A stretch of 64,000 bases of DNA from the NCBI GenBank assembly GCA_951406725.2, contig OX597823.1, positions 105,462,001-105,526,000 on the forward strand, read 5' to 3'. The translations under genes and the position numbers were made by a program. Numbering within the stretch: position 1 is the stretch's first letter; each line of letters starts with the position of its first letter. Below, one piece after another: positions 28,837 to 41,476 of this stretch. This stretch comes from Octopus vulgaris (taxonomy: Eukaryota). The notes below the pieces were generated by a model. That model made no database searches. It saw only the letters and a list, made by a program, of their open reading frames with translations, and was not told where the DNA came from.

Positions 28837-29481
28837 GTCTGTCTGTCTGTCTGTCTATCTTTTTGCGTGCGTGTGTGTATGTGTGTAATGTGTGTGTATG
28901 TATTAGGTTGATTAGGTTGCCAGATAAATTCATTCGTTTCTTTCAAATGTTATTTGAACTTACATGGAAAGTATTTTCTCGTAGTATTTTGTAGTTTTTT
29001 TTGTTTTTTTTTGTTAACTGAGCATTTCGATACCTGCTTCCCTTTGCTTTCACTCAAGTTCCCAATCCCGCCAAAGCCACCCGAGATATTTCGTGCTGTG
29101 AATAACCTTGTAGCTCACTTTCCCACTCTTCGGATATCGGCGAGCAGATGTCATCATATAGTAGGACTTCTTTTACTGGATATACGTGTCGAGATTCGCG
29201 AGTATCCGTACAGTGTACACAAAACAATTTTAATTCGAGGCGAAGTTATGGATAAGCTTTTTTACAAAACACTAATACTGCTTCGGCGCATTAGTATCTG
29301 CTGAAGACGCACATGTATGCAGCTTTTGTTGGATCATATTGTGTACAATATACGTATAATATACGTAAAATTCAACAATTACACTCGCTCATATTGATGA
29401 GCTGAAACGGTTCTAGTGATTTGTAATAAAGTCTGTTCATTCCATTTTCTACTTTTAAAATCATTATATTCATTAAGTATA

Positions 29482-29860
29482 GGCGCAGGAGTGGCTGTGT
29501 GGTAAGTAGCTTGCTAACCAACCACACGGTTGCGGGTTCAGTCCCACTGCGTGGCATCTTGGGCAAGTGTCTTCTGCTATAGCCCCGGGCCGACCAATGC
29601 CTTGTGAGTGGATTTGGTAGACGGAAACTGAAAGAAGCCTGTCGTATATATATATATATATATATGTATATGTGTGTGTGTTTGTGTGTCTGTGTTTGTC
29701 CCCCTAGCATTGCTTGACAACCGATGCCGGTGTGTTTACGTCCCCGTCACTTAGCGGTTCGGCAAAAAGAGACCGATAGGGTAAGTACTAAAAGGTGGTG
29801 CTCCAGCATGGCCGCAGTCAAATGACTGAAACAAGTAAAAGAGTAAAGAGTAAAAGAGTA
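29482..29860 (+). mobile_element. SINE family B with internal deletion
   Basis: Head and tail as at 16886; lacks the GGGCTTACAAAG...CTCGACT segment. Confidence 0.9.
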
Positions 29861-29886
29861 TATGTTCATTTATATATACACACCCA

Positions 29887-29960
<74 letters not shown>

Positions 29961-30135
29961 CTTTTCCCCTTTTTTTTGTCTTTGTTTTTTTTCCCTTTTA
30001 CGATCCCTTTTGATCGAAAACCTACCCCATATATATATAAATATATATATATGCATGTATAAATGTATGGATTTTTTCCCACTGTTTACGAATAACACGA
30101 GAAAAATAGAAAAAATCAGTTACCATGGTAGCAAC

Positions 30136-33078
30136 TAGAAGAGGCAATTAGAAGCGGCATCGCATCCGACGTTTTGGCGGCGAGGTTGGCCCTCGACCAA
30201 CACTTCAACGCCAAACACGAAGGATGTGCTGTCAGAGCTAGGATGCGTGCTCTAAGGAACGAAGGTATTGGAGCCGCGATAGAGGCCCGGGTGGCAGAGG
30301 CGCAACAGGGCAACAAAGCCACCATTCGGTCCCTGGTAGATGAACAGGGGCGCGAATTGCTCGAGCTAAGTAAAATGTGTGAGGCCTTTCAGCAGCATTT
30401 TGCCCGACTGTTCGGGACGAGTGGAGGGCAAGAACGTAGGGTGGACTTCAGTGCCTACCTACATAGCCTACCACGACTCTCGACAAGAAAGACAGGGTGC
30501 TGCGAAGGTGCCATCACGGCGCCGGAAGTGCAGGAGGCGATGGCAGAATGCTTGAGGGACAAATCACCGGGTTTGGATGGTCTACCCTACGAGCTTTACA
30601 ATTGTATGCCAGACTTGTTTGGAGATCTCTTGGCGGGGGTGTACTGCAACTGGCAGCAAAACGGGAGCATTCCTGGTTTTGTGAGCCGAGGAGCCGTAAC
30701 ACTGCTGAAGAAAGATCTAAACAAGGGAAATGTAATAGATAACTTTAGGCCCATCACTCTGCTTAATGCAGACTTGAAAATTTTGGCCAAGGTGCTAGCC
30801 AAGAGGTTGGCGCTTGTCATCGAGAAACTGGTCGACAGGGCGCAAACATGCGCCGTGCCGGGCCGGACCATCCATGACAACCTCCACCTGATGCGCTACA
30901 TCATAGACAGGGTAGTTAACGAACCTGGCATGGGTGGGGCGCTGATCAATTTGGATCAATCGAAAGCTTTCGATAGGGTAGACCATCGATACTTGGAGAC
31001 GGTCCTCAGAGCGGCAGGCCTCGGTCCCGTCTTCCGCGGCTGGATAGCCGCTTTGTACAGAGGCATCCGTTCGGTAATTCGCGTGAATGGACATCTATCG
31101 AGACCCTTCGACATCGCACGTTCGGTCCGTCAGGGATGCCCCCTCTCGTCGCTTCTATACGTATTGACTCTCGAGCCATTATTGCGGAAGCTGGCAACTT
31201 TGAGGGGCATCCCGCGAGAACTGGGATGCGGGACGAGCGTGTCTGCATACGCGGACGACGTCACCGTCATAGTGTCTAGCCACGAGCACATCGAGCAGGT
31301 CGGCGAGACACTGAAAAACTACGAAGCGGTGACAGGAGCGAAAATCAACCGGGAAAAGTCAGTGGGCTTGCGACTAGGCACCTGGAGAAGCAAGCCCATG
31401 CCGTCCACCAGCGCCTCCGTCGTGGGACGCTGGACCGACGGCCCGGTTGAGTTGCTCGGGGTCTGGTTTGGTCCGGACCTCCAAGTGGAGAAGAACTGGA
31501 ACGAGATAACGAGTAGGGTGGTCACTCTCGCCCGGCAATGGGCCGAGAGGAAACTGTCCCTAAAAGGTCGGGCGGAGGTGGCGAACACGTACATCGCGTC
31601 CGTCATCTACTACCGCCTGACCGTCGTACCTTGTCCCGACCCTACCATCACCAAACTACAACGCATTCTCTTTCGCTTCTTGTGGAAAGGACGCGTCCCG
31701 ATGGTCAGGCGATCCATTTGCTGTCAACACCCGCTAAAAGGAGGGCTGGGCATGCCGTGGTTGATGATGCGCAGACACGCGCTGAGACTGCGACATCTCT
31801 CTAGACGACGGTGAACAGATGTGGTCGCCGTTTGTGAGGCACGCTTTCCCGCAGCTCGTCTCCATGACCGAACTGCAGTCGTGGATCAAAAAGAGGCCGA
31901 GGAAGGGCGATTGGCACCGCGAGTGTCGCGTTGCTCTCAAGCAACTCTGCCGTCCCGGGTCGACCTTGAGTGACTTCAACACAACCAAAGCATTCTATAG
32001 GGGATTAGTGGAGGGGAGGTACGACGACGAGCTCGGGGCGAACCTGGACGTAGACGAGGAGTACCTGACCCGCCTGTTCAGGACGACTTTCGGGCCAGGG
32101 CCCATGGACAACTTCCAGAGATCCCTGGCCTGGCAGTGCTACCGAGAAGCGCTACCCGTTCGGGATAAGCTCTACAGACACGGCTCGAGAAACACGGGGC
32201 CGACCTACCCGAGATGCGGTCAGAGCGACGAAACCGTTCTGCACGCACTCGTGCAGTGTCCAACAATTTCCGACCTGTGGGCTTATGTCGAACAACTGCT
32301 GTCACGTGTGGGACGAGTCGGTTTATCAGCTGAGTCTATCGTCAATATTGTCACACCTCCTTCCTTCAAACGGGAAGGAAGAGCTATTTTCATCATCCTT
32401 GTGGCTATGGCGAAAGAATGTATCTGGTGGACGCGTCTGAAAGGATTGGAGACAAACACTTTCCTCTCTGGTCAATCTCTCATCAACTTCTTCAAGTACC
32501 ACTTGAAAAGGAAAGTGAGAGTAGAGAGGCAAGTTTTGTCTAGCGAATGTTTTAAAAAAAGATGGGTGAATGTAGCAAGGATGGCACGTATGAATGACGA
32601 AGCCACCTTGAGCATAATCCTATGAACCCAGAAATTGAAAACAGAGGGTTACCCACTTGCAAACAAATGTGGTAACATATAACAATATTGACCAAGGTTA
32701 CCGTGGTCTTTTTCGTAGGCTTTTCTTCCCACGGATAAACCTTACTTGCTTTCCCCTTTACACCATATATCATAACACTGTGATACACGATCCCTATTGA
32801 TCGTTCTTTTTTTTCCTCTTCCCCTTTTTTTCCCCTTTTTTCTTCTTTTTTCAATTCTCTTTCCTTTTGTTCATTTTCCTTTTCTTTTTATTCTTTTTAT
32901 TTTATTCAATTTTTTTTGTTTTTGTTCTTTTCTTCCCTTTTACGATCCCTCTTGATCGAAAACCTACGCCACCCCTTTTTTTTTCTTTTGTTTTTTGTTC
33001 TCTTCATCCCCCAAAAGAAAAGCTCTACCTTGTAACTTGTCCCATCTGTGTGCAGCCCAGTGTGGCCAATAAAGAAAC

Positions 33079-33080
<2 letters not shown>
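30136..33080 (+). mobile_element. Tx1/L1-clade LINE, 5'-truncated, with 3' UTR and AATAAA, ending in (CTAT)n
   Basis: GC-rich ORF2 remnant, pyrimidine-rich 3' UTR, AATAAA at 33068-33073 followed directly by (ATCT)n. Confidence 0.93.
30174..32625 (+). pseudogene. LINE ORF2 reverse transcriptase plus C-terminal zinc-binding region, frameshifted near 31800
   Basis: KSPGLDGLPYE, FRPITLLNADLKILAKVLA, LDQSKAFDRVDH, VRQGCPLS, AYADD, GGLGMP; second ORF has YPRCGQSDETVLHALVQC (CCHC with first C>Y); no endonuclease domain. Confidence 0.92.
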
Positions 33081-33143
<63 letters not shown>

Positions 33144-33173
33144 CATATATGTATGTATGTATCTATTTATTTG

Positions 33174-33218
<45 letters not shown>

Positions 33219-33359
33219 TTATCTATCTATCTGTCTATCTATCTATCTATCTATCTTCTTTTCCCCTTTTTTATCTTTGTTTTTTTTCCCTTTTACGATC
33301 CCTTTTGATCGAAAACCTACCCCATATATATATAAATATATACATATGCATATATAAAT

Positions 33360-34321
33360 GTATGGATTTTTTTCCCACTGTTTACAAATAACACGAGAAA
33401 AATAGAAAAAATCAGTTACCATGGTAGCAACAGCTCGCACAAGTTACAAGGATGTAACAGCCTATTTATAAAGGTAGAAACTCCAGGTTTAGGTGAAATG
33501 TTTTGTATGATATAGATAGATAAATAAATGGAGTTAAACGCAGGTGTTATTCAAATTCTTTTACTTCCGACATATGTTTCGAAGACACCATTGGTATTAT
33601 TCCAGACGGAATAAAATGGTGTAAAACAATGCAACCTCATCAGGGAAAGAAAGAAACCAAACACATCAATAACACATTTTAACAGAATGTGATGACTGAG
33701 TCTAATGATGAAAGGAACGCTATTAAGTTTTTAAAAAAAAAAACCTTTAGTAGATATAACATCAAAGGTAGCATATAGAAAGAGGAGGAGGAGGAGAAGG
33801 AAAGAAATTAGCAGAAAACTAATAGTGGAGGGGTATAGAGCGATAGGTGAATTAGAATAAAGCTTAAAGGAATGGGAGAAGATATATTTAGTGGAAGTGC
33901 AATGTAAGAAGATAGTTAAAGTTCGAATTTTATAGAATTATAGGAACTAAAGGTATGTTTCTGCCAATGTTTGCAACGATAGATGAGTTCTATAAACGTG
34001 TTTAAAAGAGGATTCTTTGAGAATAGGATAAAAATATTTCACTATTACAAAGGGAGCAAAAAGATTTACTTTTATCATAAGGTAAAGAAATAGAGAGAAT
34101 ATTCCATTCCAAATTAAATCGTTTATTATGATCTTTTAGATACCAGATTAATTTACTAAGCCCAGTATTGTTACGTTTATTGACATGCCTAAAGGTAGAG
34201 TAATGGTTAGATATTCTTTTGGACAACTGAGATGAAGAACTACCTATATAAAAAAATTCGACTTTTGAGTGTCTTCTTACATTGCCCTTCCAATAAATAT
34301 ATCTACTTCCATACCTTTAAG

Positions 34322-34324
<3 letters not shown>
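33360..34324 (-). mobile_element. Penelope-like element 3' end: GIY-YIG fragment, 3' pLTR with hammerhead, inverted 5' junction piece
   Basis: FYIGSSSSQLSKRISNH...TGLSKLIW...CSLCNSE...CKH at about 33950-34265; 34272-34324 is an inverted copy of 33860-33912; (TA)-rich flanks. Confidence 0.85.
33564..33648 (-). ncRNA. Type I hammerhead ribozyme motif in PLE pLTR
   Basis: UUUCC-CUGAUGA-GG...(ACACCAUU/AAUGGUGU, UUAUUCC/GGAAUAA)...UC-GAAA-CAUAUG-UC-GGAAG; palindromic stem III, GUC triplet. Confidence 0.82.
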
Positions 34325-34366
<42 letters not shown>

Positions 34367-34549
34367 TGGCTGCCCCCTCGTTATCGAGTATGGCCATTGC
34401 ACGAAGCTTAATCAATGTTGTTATCGTGCAATGCCTGTTGCAAGAAGATTTTTTTTTAGGTGAGGAAAGGCTGTGCACTGAGTCAATCTCACTCACTAAG
34501 AAACAGCAGCCATAATCCGAAAAGAAGAACAAGTCAACATCATCGGTAA

Positions 34550-34902
34550 CCAATGAGCCACAGGTTTTATGCCGGAGTTATCCCAGTTACCTGAGTTACC
34601 TTCTCCTAGAAGGATGCCCTAACAAAGGCTAGGAGTCCTTCACTCCCAATGGTTTAACCGCGCGATCGAGTATTCAGTCCGATTATTTCTATGTCCCCGC
34701 GCATGATCCAGCCTTAAGACATTTATTGGATGGCCGTTGACTCTCAAGAGTTCCTCCACCCTTTGACGGGTTTTGTTTTTCATCCCGCAGAGCGTCCAAT
34801 AAACACGCTCCCCACCAAGCAAGCTTGGTGGGGTTGCCGGTTTAGTCGCCGACGACCCGACCATGCAACAGGTTGTACTGAGTTACATGTTACCAGTAGC
34901 AC
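34550..34902 (-). mobile_element. Probable RTE-type non-LTR 5' UTR fragment, highly structured
   Basis: Minus strand TAGCCTTTGTTAGGGCATCCTTCTAGGAGAAGGTAACTC resembles recalled RTE 5' UTR motifs; GC-rich island with perfect hairpin at 34810-34833. Confidence 0.5.
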
Positions 34903-35227
34903 TAAAAAAACAACAAATGTTTCAATTTCATGACAGTTCAATGCCTCATAAATTTCAATAGGAGAAGTGCAAGTTTAAAAATAAAAATGTTTTAACATTT
35001 TTATTTCTTTGTTATTTGCAATATATTTAAATATAAAACCGGTTCACCGACATTATTCACCGCTTGAGTACACGATACATATCTACATACACTCACATAC
35101 ACACACACACACACATACAAATTTAGACACACACACAGACATATATATATAGATCGCCATGTTGATTCGTTAGCTACTGCACGCATTTTTTTCTCTCCTT
35201 CTTTCTGTGTTTTTTTCTCTCTGTGTA

Positions 35228-35265
35228 TCTTTCTGTTGAAGAGCGTAGGCTCGAAACGTTAAAGA
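35228..35265 (+). ncRNA. Minimal hammerhead-like motif with variant core, within element 35151-35364
   Basis: UCUUU-CUGUUGAA-GAGC-GUAG-GCUC-GAAA-CG-UU-AAAGA: perfect stems I and II, palindromic AACGUU. Confidence 0.65.
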
Positions 35266-35362
35266 CTTGTTTTATTTATATTTCCTGAGCGCCATACTAA
35301 TACAATTGTTCGTTTGTTTTCCACCTGCCTTCGTCTTTTGTCTATTTTCATAAAGCTTCCCG

Positions 35363-35395
<33 letters not shown>

Positions 35396-36074
35396 TGTAT
35401 GTATGTGTATATATATATATATATGTATACGTATAGATATAATATATATATGTATGTAAATGTGTATATATATGTGTGAGTGTGCGTGTGTGTCTGTGTA
35501 TAATATACATGTGTATATATGTATACATACATACGTACATACATGTCTGTGTTTGTGTGTGTGTGTAGGTATATGGTCAATTGTACATGTAGCATATTGT
35601 TGTCTTCTCTTTTTTAGGGGCTTTATTCAAGTATTCCCAGCATTTAACTATTTCTCGTTAATTAACCTCTATCAAACAGTTTTCAATAATCATCAACCAA
35701 ATTGCTGGAGTAAAACTTAATTGTCTCACTTTCCTTTCTGTCTCAGTGCAAACCATGCAATGCCAAATCACACGGTTTTCGCAGTAATATTCTTTTATGG
35801 AAAACACGTGCAACGCGAAGTTTACGCAGTCAAAGAAAGCGGCGAACACAGTACGCACGCGCACGATCTGCTTTGTATTCCCTGCACTCACCGCCTTTCT
35901 GCTGAGGGAAATTGCGTGTCGTTCCTTTCCTCAGGATTTGGCGACGACACTTGCTCGATAAACATGGCCATAACAATATCTACATTTCAGATTGTCGAAA
36001 GAAGAGGAAAATCTACGAAAACTGCGTAAAGTAGACCATACAGTCTTAAAGGTGACAGGAGATACATACATACA

Positions 36075-36109
<35 letters not shown>

Positions 36110-36138
36110 GTATATATATATATATATGTATATATATG

Positions 36139-36171
<33 letters not shown>

Positions 36172-36351
36172 GTATGTATATATATATATGTATGTATATA
36201 TACACACATACACTCACACATATATCGATAATACATGCATGTATACATACACATCCGCACGCATATAGTGCATGAGAGTGTGCATGTACACGTGCGCGAA
36301 TATTCGCTTATACATACATATATTATAACATATTATAAATACATATATATA

Positions 36352-36405
<54 letters not shown>

Positions 36406-36455
36406 CGCATGCGCGTATGTGTATATTTATAAATACAAATACACCACATACACAC

Positions 36456-36517
<62 letters not shown>

Positions 36518-36648
36518 GCACATGTAATTATGAATGTATGTATGTTTTCAGGAACTCTCCCTGCCTGTCCTTTGTTTAACGCGGCATTGCACGAGATAAA
36601 AGAACCACTATTCACTTACATGAGAGTGCTGAATAATGACTAAACAGC

Positions 36649-36722
<74 letters not shown>

Positions 36723-37062
36723 TATGCAATGAGCAATGTATTAACATGGAGGCTGGTGGTGCATTGGGTGCATTCATGATCTCACTGTGACGACATAAGC
36801 GACCTTCACTACGTGACCTCTTCCCTGTCGCCTGCAGCCACAGGGTCAAGCAGTGATTCAGACGGCAGCATGGTTGTCTAATCGTACAGGAATACACTTT
36901 AACAATGAAGCGGGCTGATGTGTGTATATGTATACATACATACATACATACATACATACATACATACATACATACGCACATATACATATCTATATACATA
37001 TACATGTACATACATGCATATAATAGGCTAATTTGGTCATTTGGACTTTCTGGTACCGACAG

Positions 37063-37137
<75 letters not shown>

Positions 37138-37746
37138 CTGTAAATACATACGTTTGTTCATATACATATTTGCATATTTGTGTGTGTGTGCATGCGTGTG
37201 TATGTGTATGTATGTATGTGTGTGCTCGCGCACGTTCATGCAGACATCATGTTGAGACAGCTAAGACAATGTATAACCCTTTTAAAGATTAAATAAGCTT
37301 ATATCGGTAATTAAATCAGGGAAGTCTTCTACAATCTACCAGAAATATCATCCACGAATATATACACTACTTTGGTCTTTTTATGTAATTTTCTGCTGTG
37401 TAGCTTAAGGAAATAGTCAAACCCGTAGCCCTTGAGGCCAGCTTAGCCTAAATGTAGACTTTTTTTTTGGAAGCTTAACAATAAAATTATGCATTCATTT
37501 TGAGTGGAAATGCAATTATATCAGTTACAATTCAATGAAATTCCGCAGTTATTGACACAAGTTATGTTGAATAGCATTATAATAGTTCATTGCATAATTC
37601 TTTGCGTATGCGTTGTCGTGTGTTTAGCACACATGCATATAATAATGCACACACACACACGCACACACATATATGTACATATATATTATGGGTTTATGTA
37701 TATATATGTATATATATGTGCGTGTGTATGCATGTCCACTTACCTG

Positions 37747-37787
<41 letters not shown>

Positions 37788-37863
37788 TTTCTGTCTTTCT
37801 GAATGTCTGCATGCATGTGTATGTATATATATATTTTATGTCTTTATGATATGTATATATGTA

Positions 37864-37958
<95 letters not shown>

Positions 37959-37960
37959 TC

Positions 37961-38146
37961 GTGGCTGTGTTGTAAAAAGCTTGCTTCCCAGCCATATGGT
38001 CCCAGGTTCAGTCCCATTGCGTAGTACTTTTGGCAAGTGTCTTCAACTATAGCCTCAGGCCGAGCAAAGCCTTGTGAGTAGATATTGTAGACGGTAACTG
38101 AAAGAAGACCATCGTGTGTATATATACATACATACACACACACACA

Positions 38147-38186
<40 letters not shown>

Positions 38187-38386
38187 TGTGTGTCCATGTA
38201 TGTCCTCCACCATCGCTTGACTGCCAAGTGTGTTTACGGCTCCGTAACTTAGCGGTTCGGTAAAGAGGCCGATAGAATAAATAGTAGGTTTACAAAGAAT
38301 AAGTCTTGGGGTCGATTTGTTCGACAAAAGGCGGTGCTCCAGCATGGCCGCTGTCAAATGATTGAAACAAGTAAAGAAACAAAAGT
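37961..38386 (+). mobile_element. SINE family B
   Basis: GTGGCTGTGTTGTAAAAAGCTTGC head through GCATGGCCGCTGTCAAATGATTGAAAC tail. Confidence 0.87.
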
Positions 38387-39392
38387 ATATATGTATATAT
38401 ACATATATGTATGTATGTATACACACACACACACACACATAAGGACAAATGGTAAAACGCGCGCGCGTCGACACATGCTTATTCAAAAATTGCCATAGAT
38501 GACCACGTACGCAACTGCAAAAAGAAACACACACACACACACACAAACACACACGTGAATGTGTGCACACACATATATACATATACACACATCCCTGTAT
38601 ATTCTAAAACGATGGAACACTTATACACATTGACGCATGCTTCTGGTTACGTTTCCATACACAATACACACACGCCCGCACATACGCACACACACACATA
38701 AACACACACACGTACACACACGCATAAATATGTATATAAACAGACACACACACACGCACAGACATACACATACGGGTACACCCCAATCATTTGACCAAAA
38801 GCTCATAAATATCACAAAAGAGCGCTAAATATGTCGACTTGTGTGAACGGTCAGCGCGTCTTGCAGCCATTTTTCTTAAGAGGTGCAAACGTAACGTCGT
38901 ACTGGTCACTGCAACATTCCACTCACCGATATTTCCAGTGCAGCCAGCCAGGCGACGGCTTAGCCAGTGTGCTTGATTGTGTATTAGATTCACATTCGGT
39001 CAGTTGGTCAACGAGTCTGGTGTTAGTCGGTCAGTTGGTCAGTAATAGCCTAAATGTTTTGTATGGGAAGGGTGTGTTGGAGTGGACAGGAGTGGTGAGT
39101 GTTATGTGTGTGTGTGTGTGTGTATGTGTGTGTGGATGTGTGTGTGGATGTGTAAGTGAGTGTACGTTGTTACATGTGGCGTGGGAGATAAAAGCATATT
39201 GAGATGTGAACGGACCGACCATTAAACAAAGAATAGAAAACGGACAGTCAAGATGGCTGAGCGATAAGTAGACAAGAAGAAATAAGGGGTAGGCGGGCGG
39301 GTTGATTGGTTAGCTGGTCAGAGAAAAAGAGAGAGAGAGAGAGAGAGAGAGATGAAGAGAGTGAAAGTAATATAAATACACACATGCATTTG

Positions 39393-39431
<39 letters not shown>

Positions 39432-39438
39432 TTGTGCT

Positions 39439-39477
<39 letters not shown>

Positions 39478-40013
39478 TTGTGCATGTGTGTGTGTGCATG
39501 CGTAAAGACAGCGTTCGTTGCTGAAAGGTAAGGAAGATATCGGTGATGGCTGGTCGTAATGGCGGCGTGGCCTTGACCAGTTGAGAAGGCAGTTAGTGGA
39601 TGTAAAGGAATTTCACACTCTCCTTAGCCTCTCTTCTACAACTCTGCCCCGAAGGATTACTTCTCTTACTTATCTGCCTTTCTCCTTCATGTCCACCCCC
39701 ACCTCGCTCTCTGTCTCTGTCTCTCTCTGTCTGTCTATATCTACCTCTTCTTCTTACATCATCTTTAAGACCTTCCGGCAGTCCTATTAACTCTATGGTT
39801 TCTAGACACATAGCCATCTGCAATCTTTCCTCTTTACATGACTCTCTTTTTTCCCCCTCTGTCTGTCTCTCTCTTTCTTTCTAACATGTGTATATACGCA
39901 TAGAGACTCAGTAACATCCGTACATTTATAATGAAAGGTATACTTAGCTACGTCCACAAACGTACTACATACACGCATACAAATATACACACACATATAC
40001 ATACATACATACA

Positions 40014-40047
<34 letters not shown>

Positions 40048-40225
40048 ACAGCGGTGGTGTAATTTCCATACGGGACTGTCACGTTATGTTGACAGTATAC
40101 AACCACTCTCTCTCTCTCTCTCTCTCTATACATATATATATATATATATATGCGTGTGTGTGTGTGTATATATATGTATACGCATACAACCATATATATA
40201 CACATGCACACATATTCTGTATGCA

Positions 40226-40261
<36 letters not shown>

Positions 40262-40295
40262 TACATACATACATACATACAAACAGACACGCACA

Positions 40296-40339
<44 letters not shown>

Positions 40340-41002
40340 CACATCCTTACATATGTGTATATATGCGTGTATGTGTCTGATGTATGTGTACACATACATC
40401 AGACACACGGTCATACACACGCGTACACACATACATATGTATACAAACTAATATACTCACACGCAGACACACACAGACACACAAACACACAAACACAGAG
40501 CTAGCATGACATCTTCAGCTAATTTCTTACTCTGTTCCCGCTCTGCATCCACACACACGCCCCCCCCCCCACACACACGTAATATACGCAGCCTCCAACT
40601 CTCTCGGCCTTATGTCACTTCCGTCTTCACCTCGTGACATCATTTAATAGTGACCCTTTAAGGCCGAGCTGTTTCTTCGACCATTTGATGACCGCTGCTT
40701 CAGGAGAGTTACAGCTTTCGCGAGGAAGAGGAGAGGAAGAAGGGAAGGAGTGGGAGGAAAGGGGAATAACTGCGTGGCAGGTGCAACAGACGGAAAAGAA
40801 AATGAGAAAACGATGAGAGATAGACAGATAGGTAGTTAGACAGAAAGAGAGAGAGAGAGAAGTTGAGAGGAAGAAAGAGGAAGAGAGAGAGAGAGAGAGG
40901 TGGAGGGGAAGAGGGAAGAGTAAAAGAGTGTGAAGGGAAATGCAAAGGAGAAAAATGTAGAGTGGGAATATATACATATACATATACATATACATACACA
41001 CT

Positions 41003-41050
<48 letters not shown>

Positions 41051-41175
41051 TGTGGATGCCTGTGAGATAAAGAAAAAGAGAGCGAAATGTGAGAGCAAGA
41101 TCGAGAAAAGAGATAGAAATAACTCCCCCTGTCTTTATCGCTCTGTCAGTTTCTCAAACTCTGTATATACCTATA

Positions 41176-41229
<54 letters not shown>

Positions 41230-41342
41230 TATAGGTATGTCAAATCTTCCGCTTGTTGTCTATTTATTTAAGCCCAGAAAAAAATGTATGTATATATGTT
41301 ATGTATATCTATCTATCTGTTTATCTATCTATCTATCTATCC

Positions 41343-41392
<50 letters not shown>

Positions 41393-41417
41393 TAAAATCT
41401 GGTCGGGCACCGCGGTG

Positions 41418-41476
<59 letters not shown>

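Noticed and set aside
30497-32532. Alternative-frame and antisense ORFs within the LINE
   Set aside because: Shadow ORFs of a GC-rich RT coding sequence
33650-33950. SECIS element downstream of the PLE endonuclease
   Set aside because: No AUGA...AA...GA kink-turn hairpin found by eye
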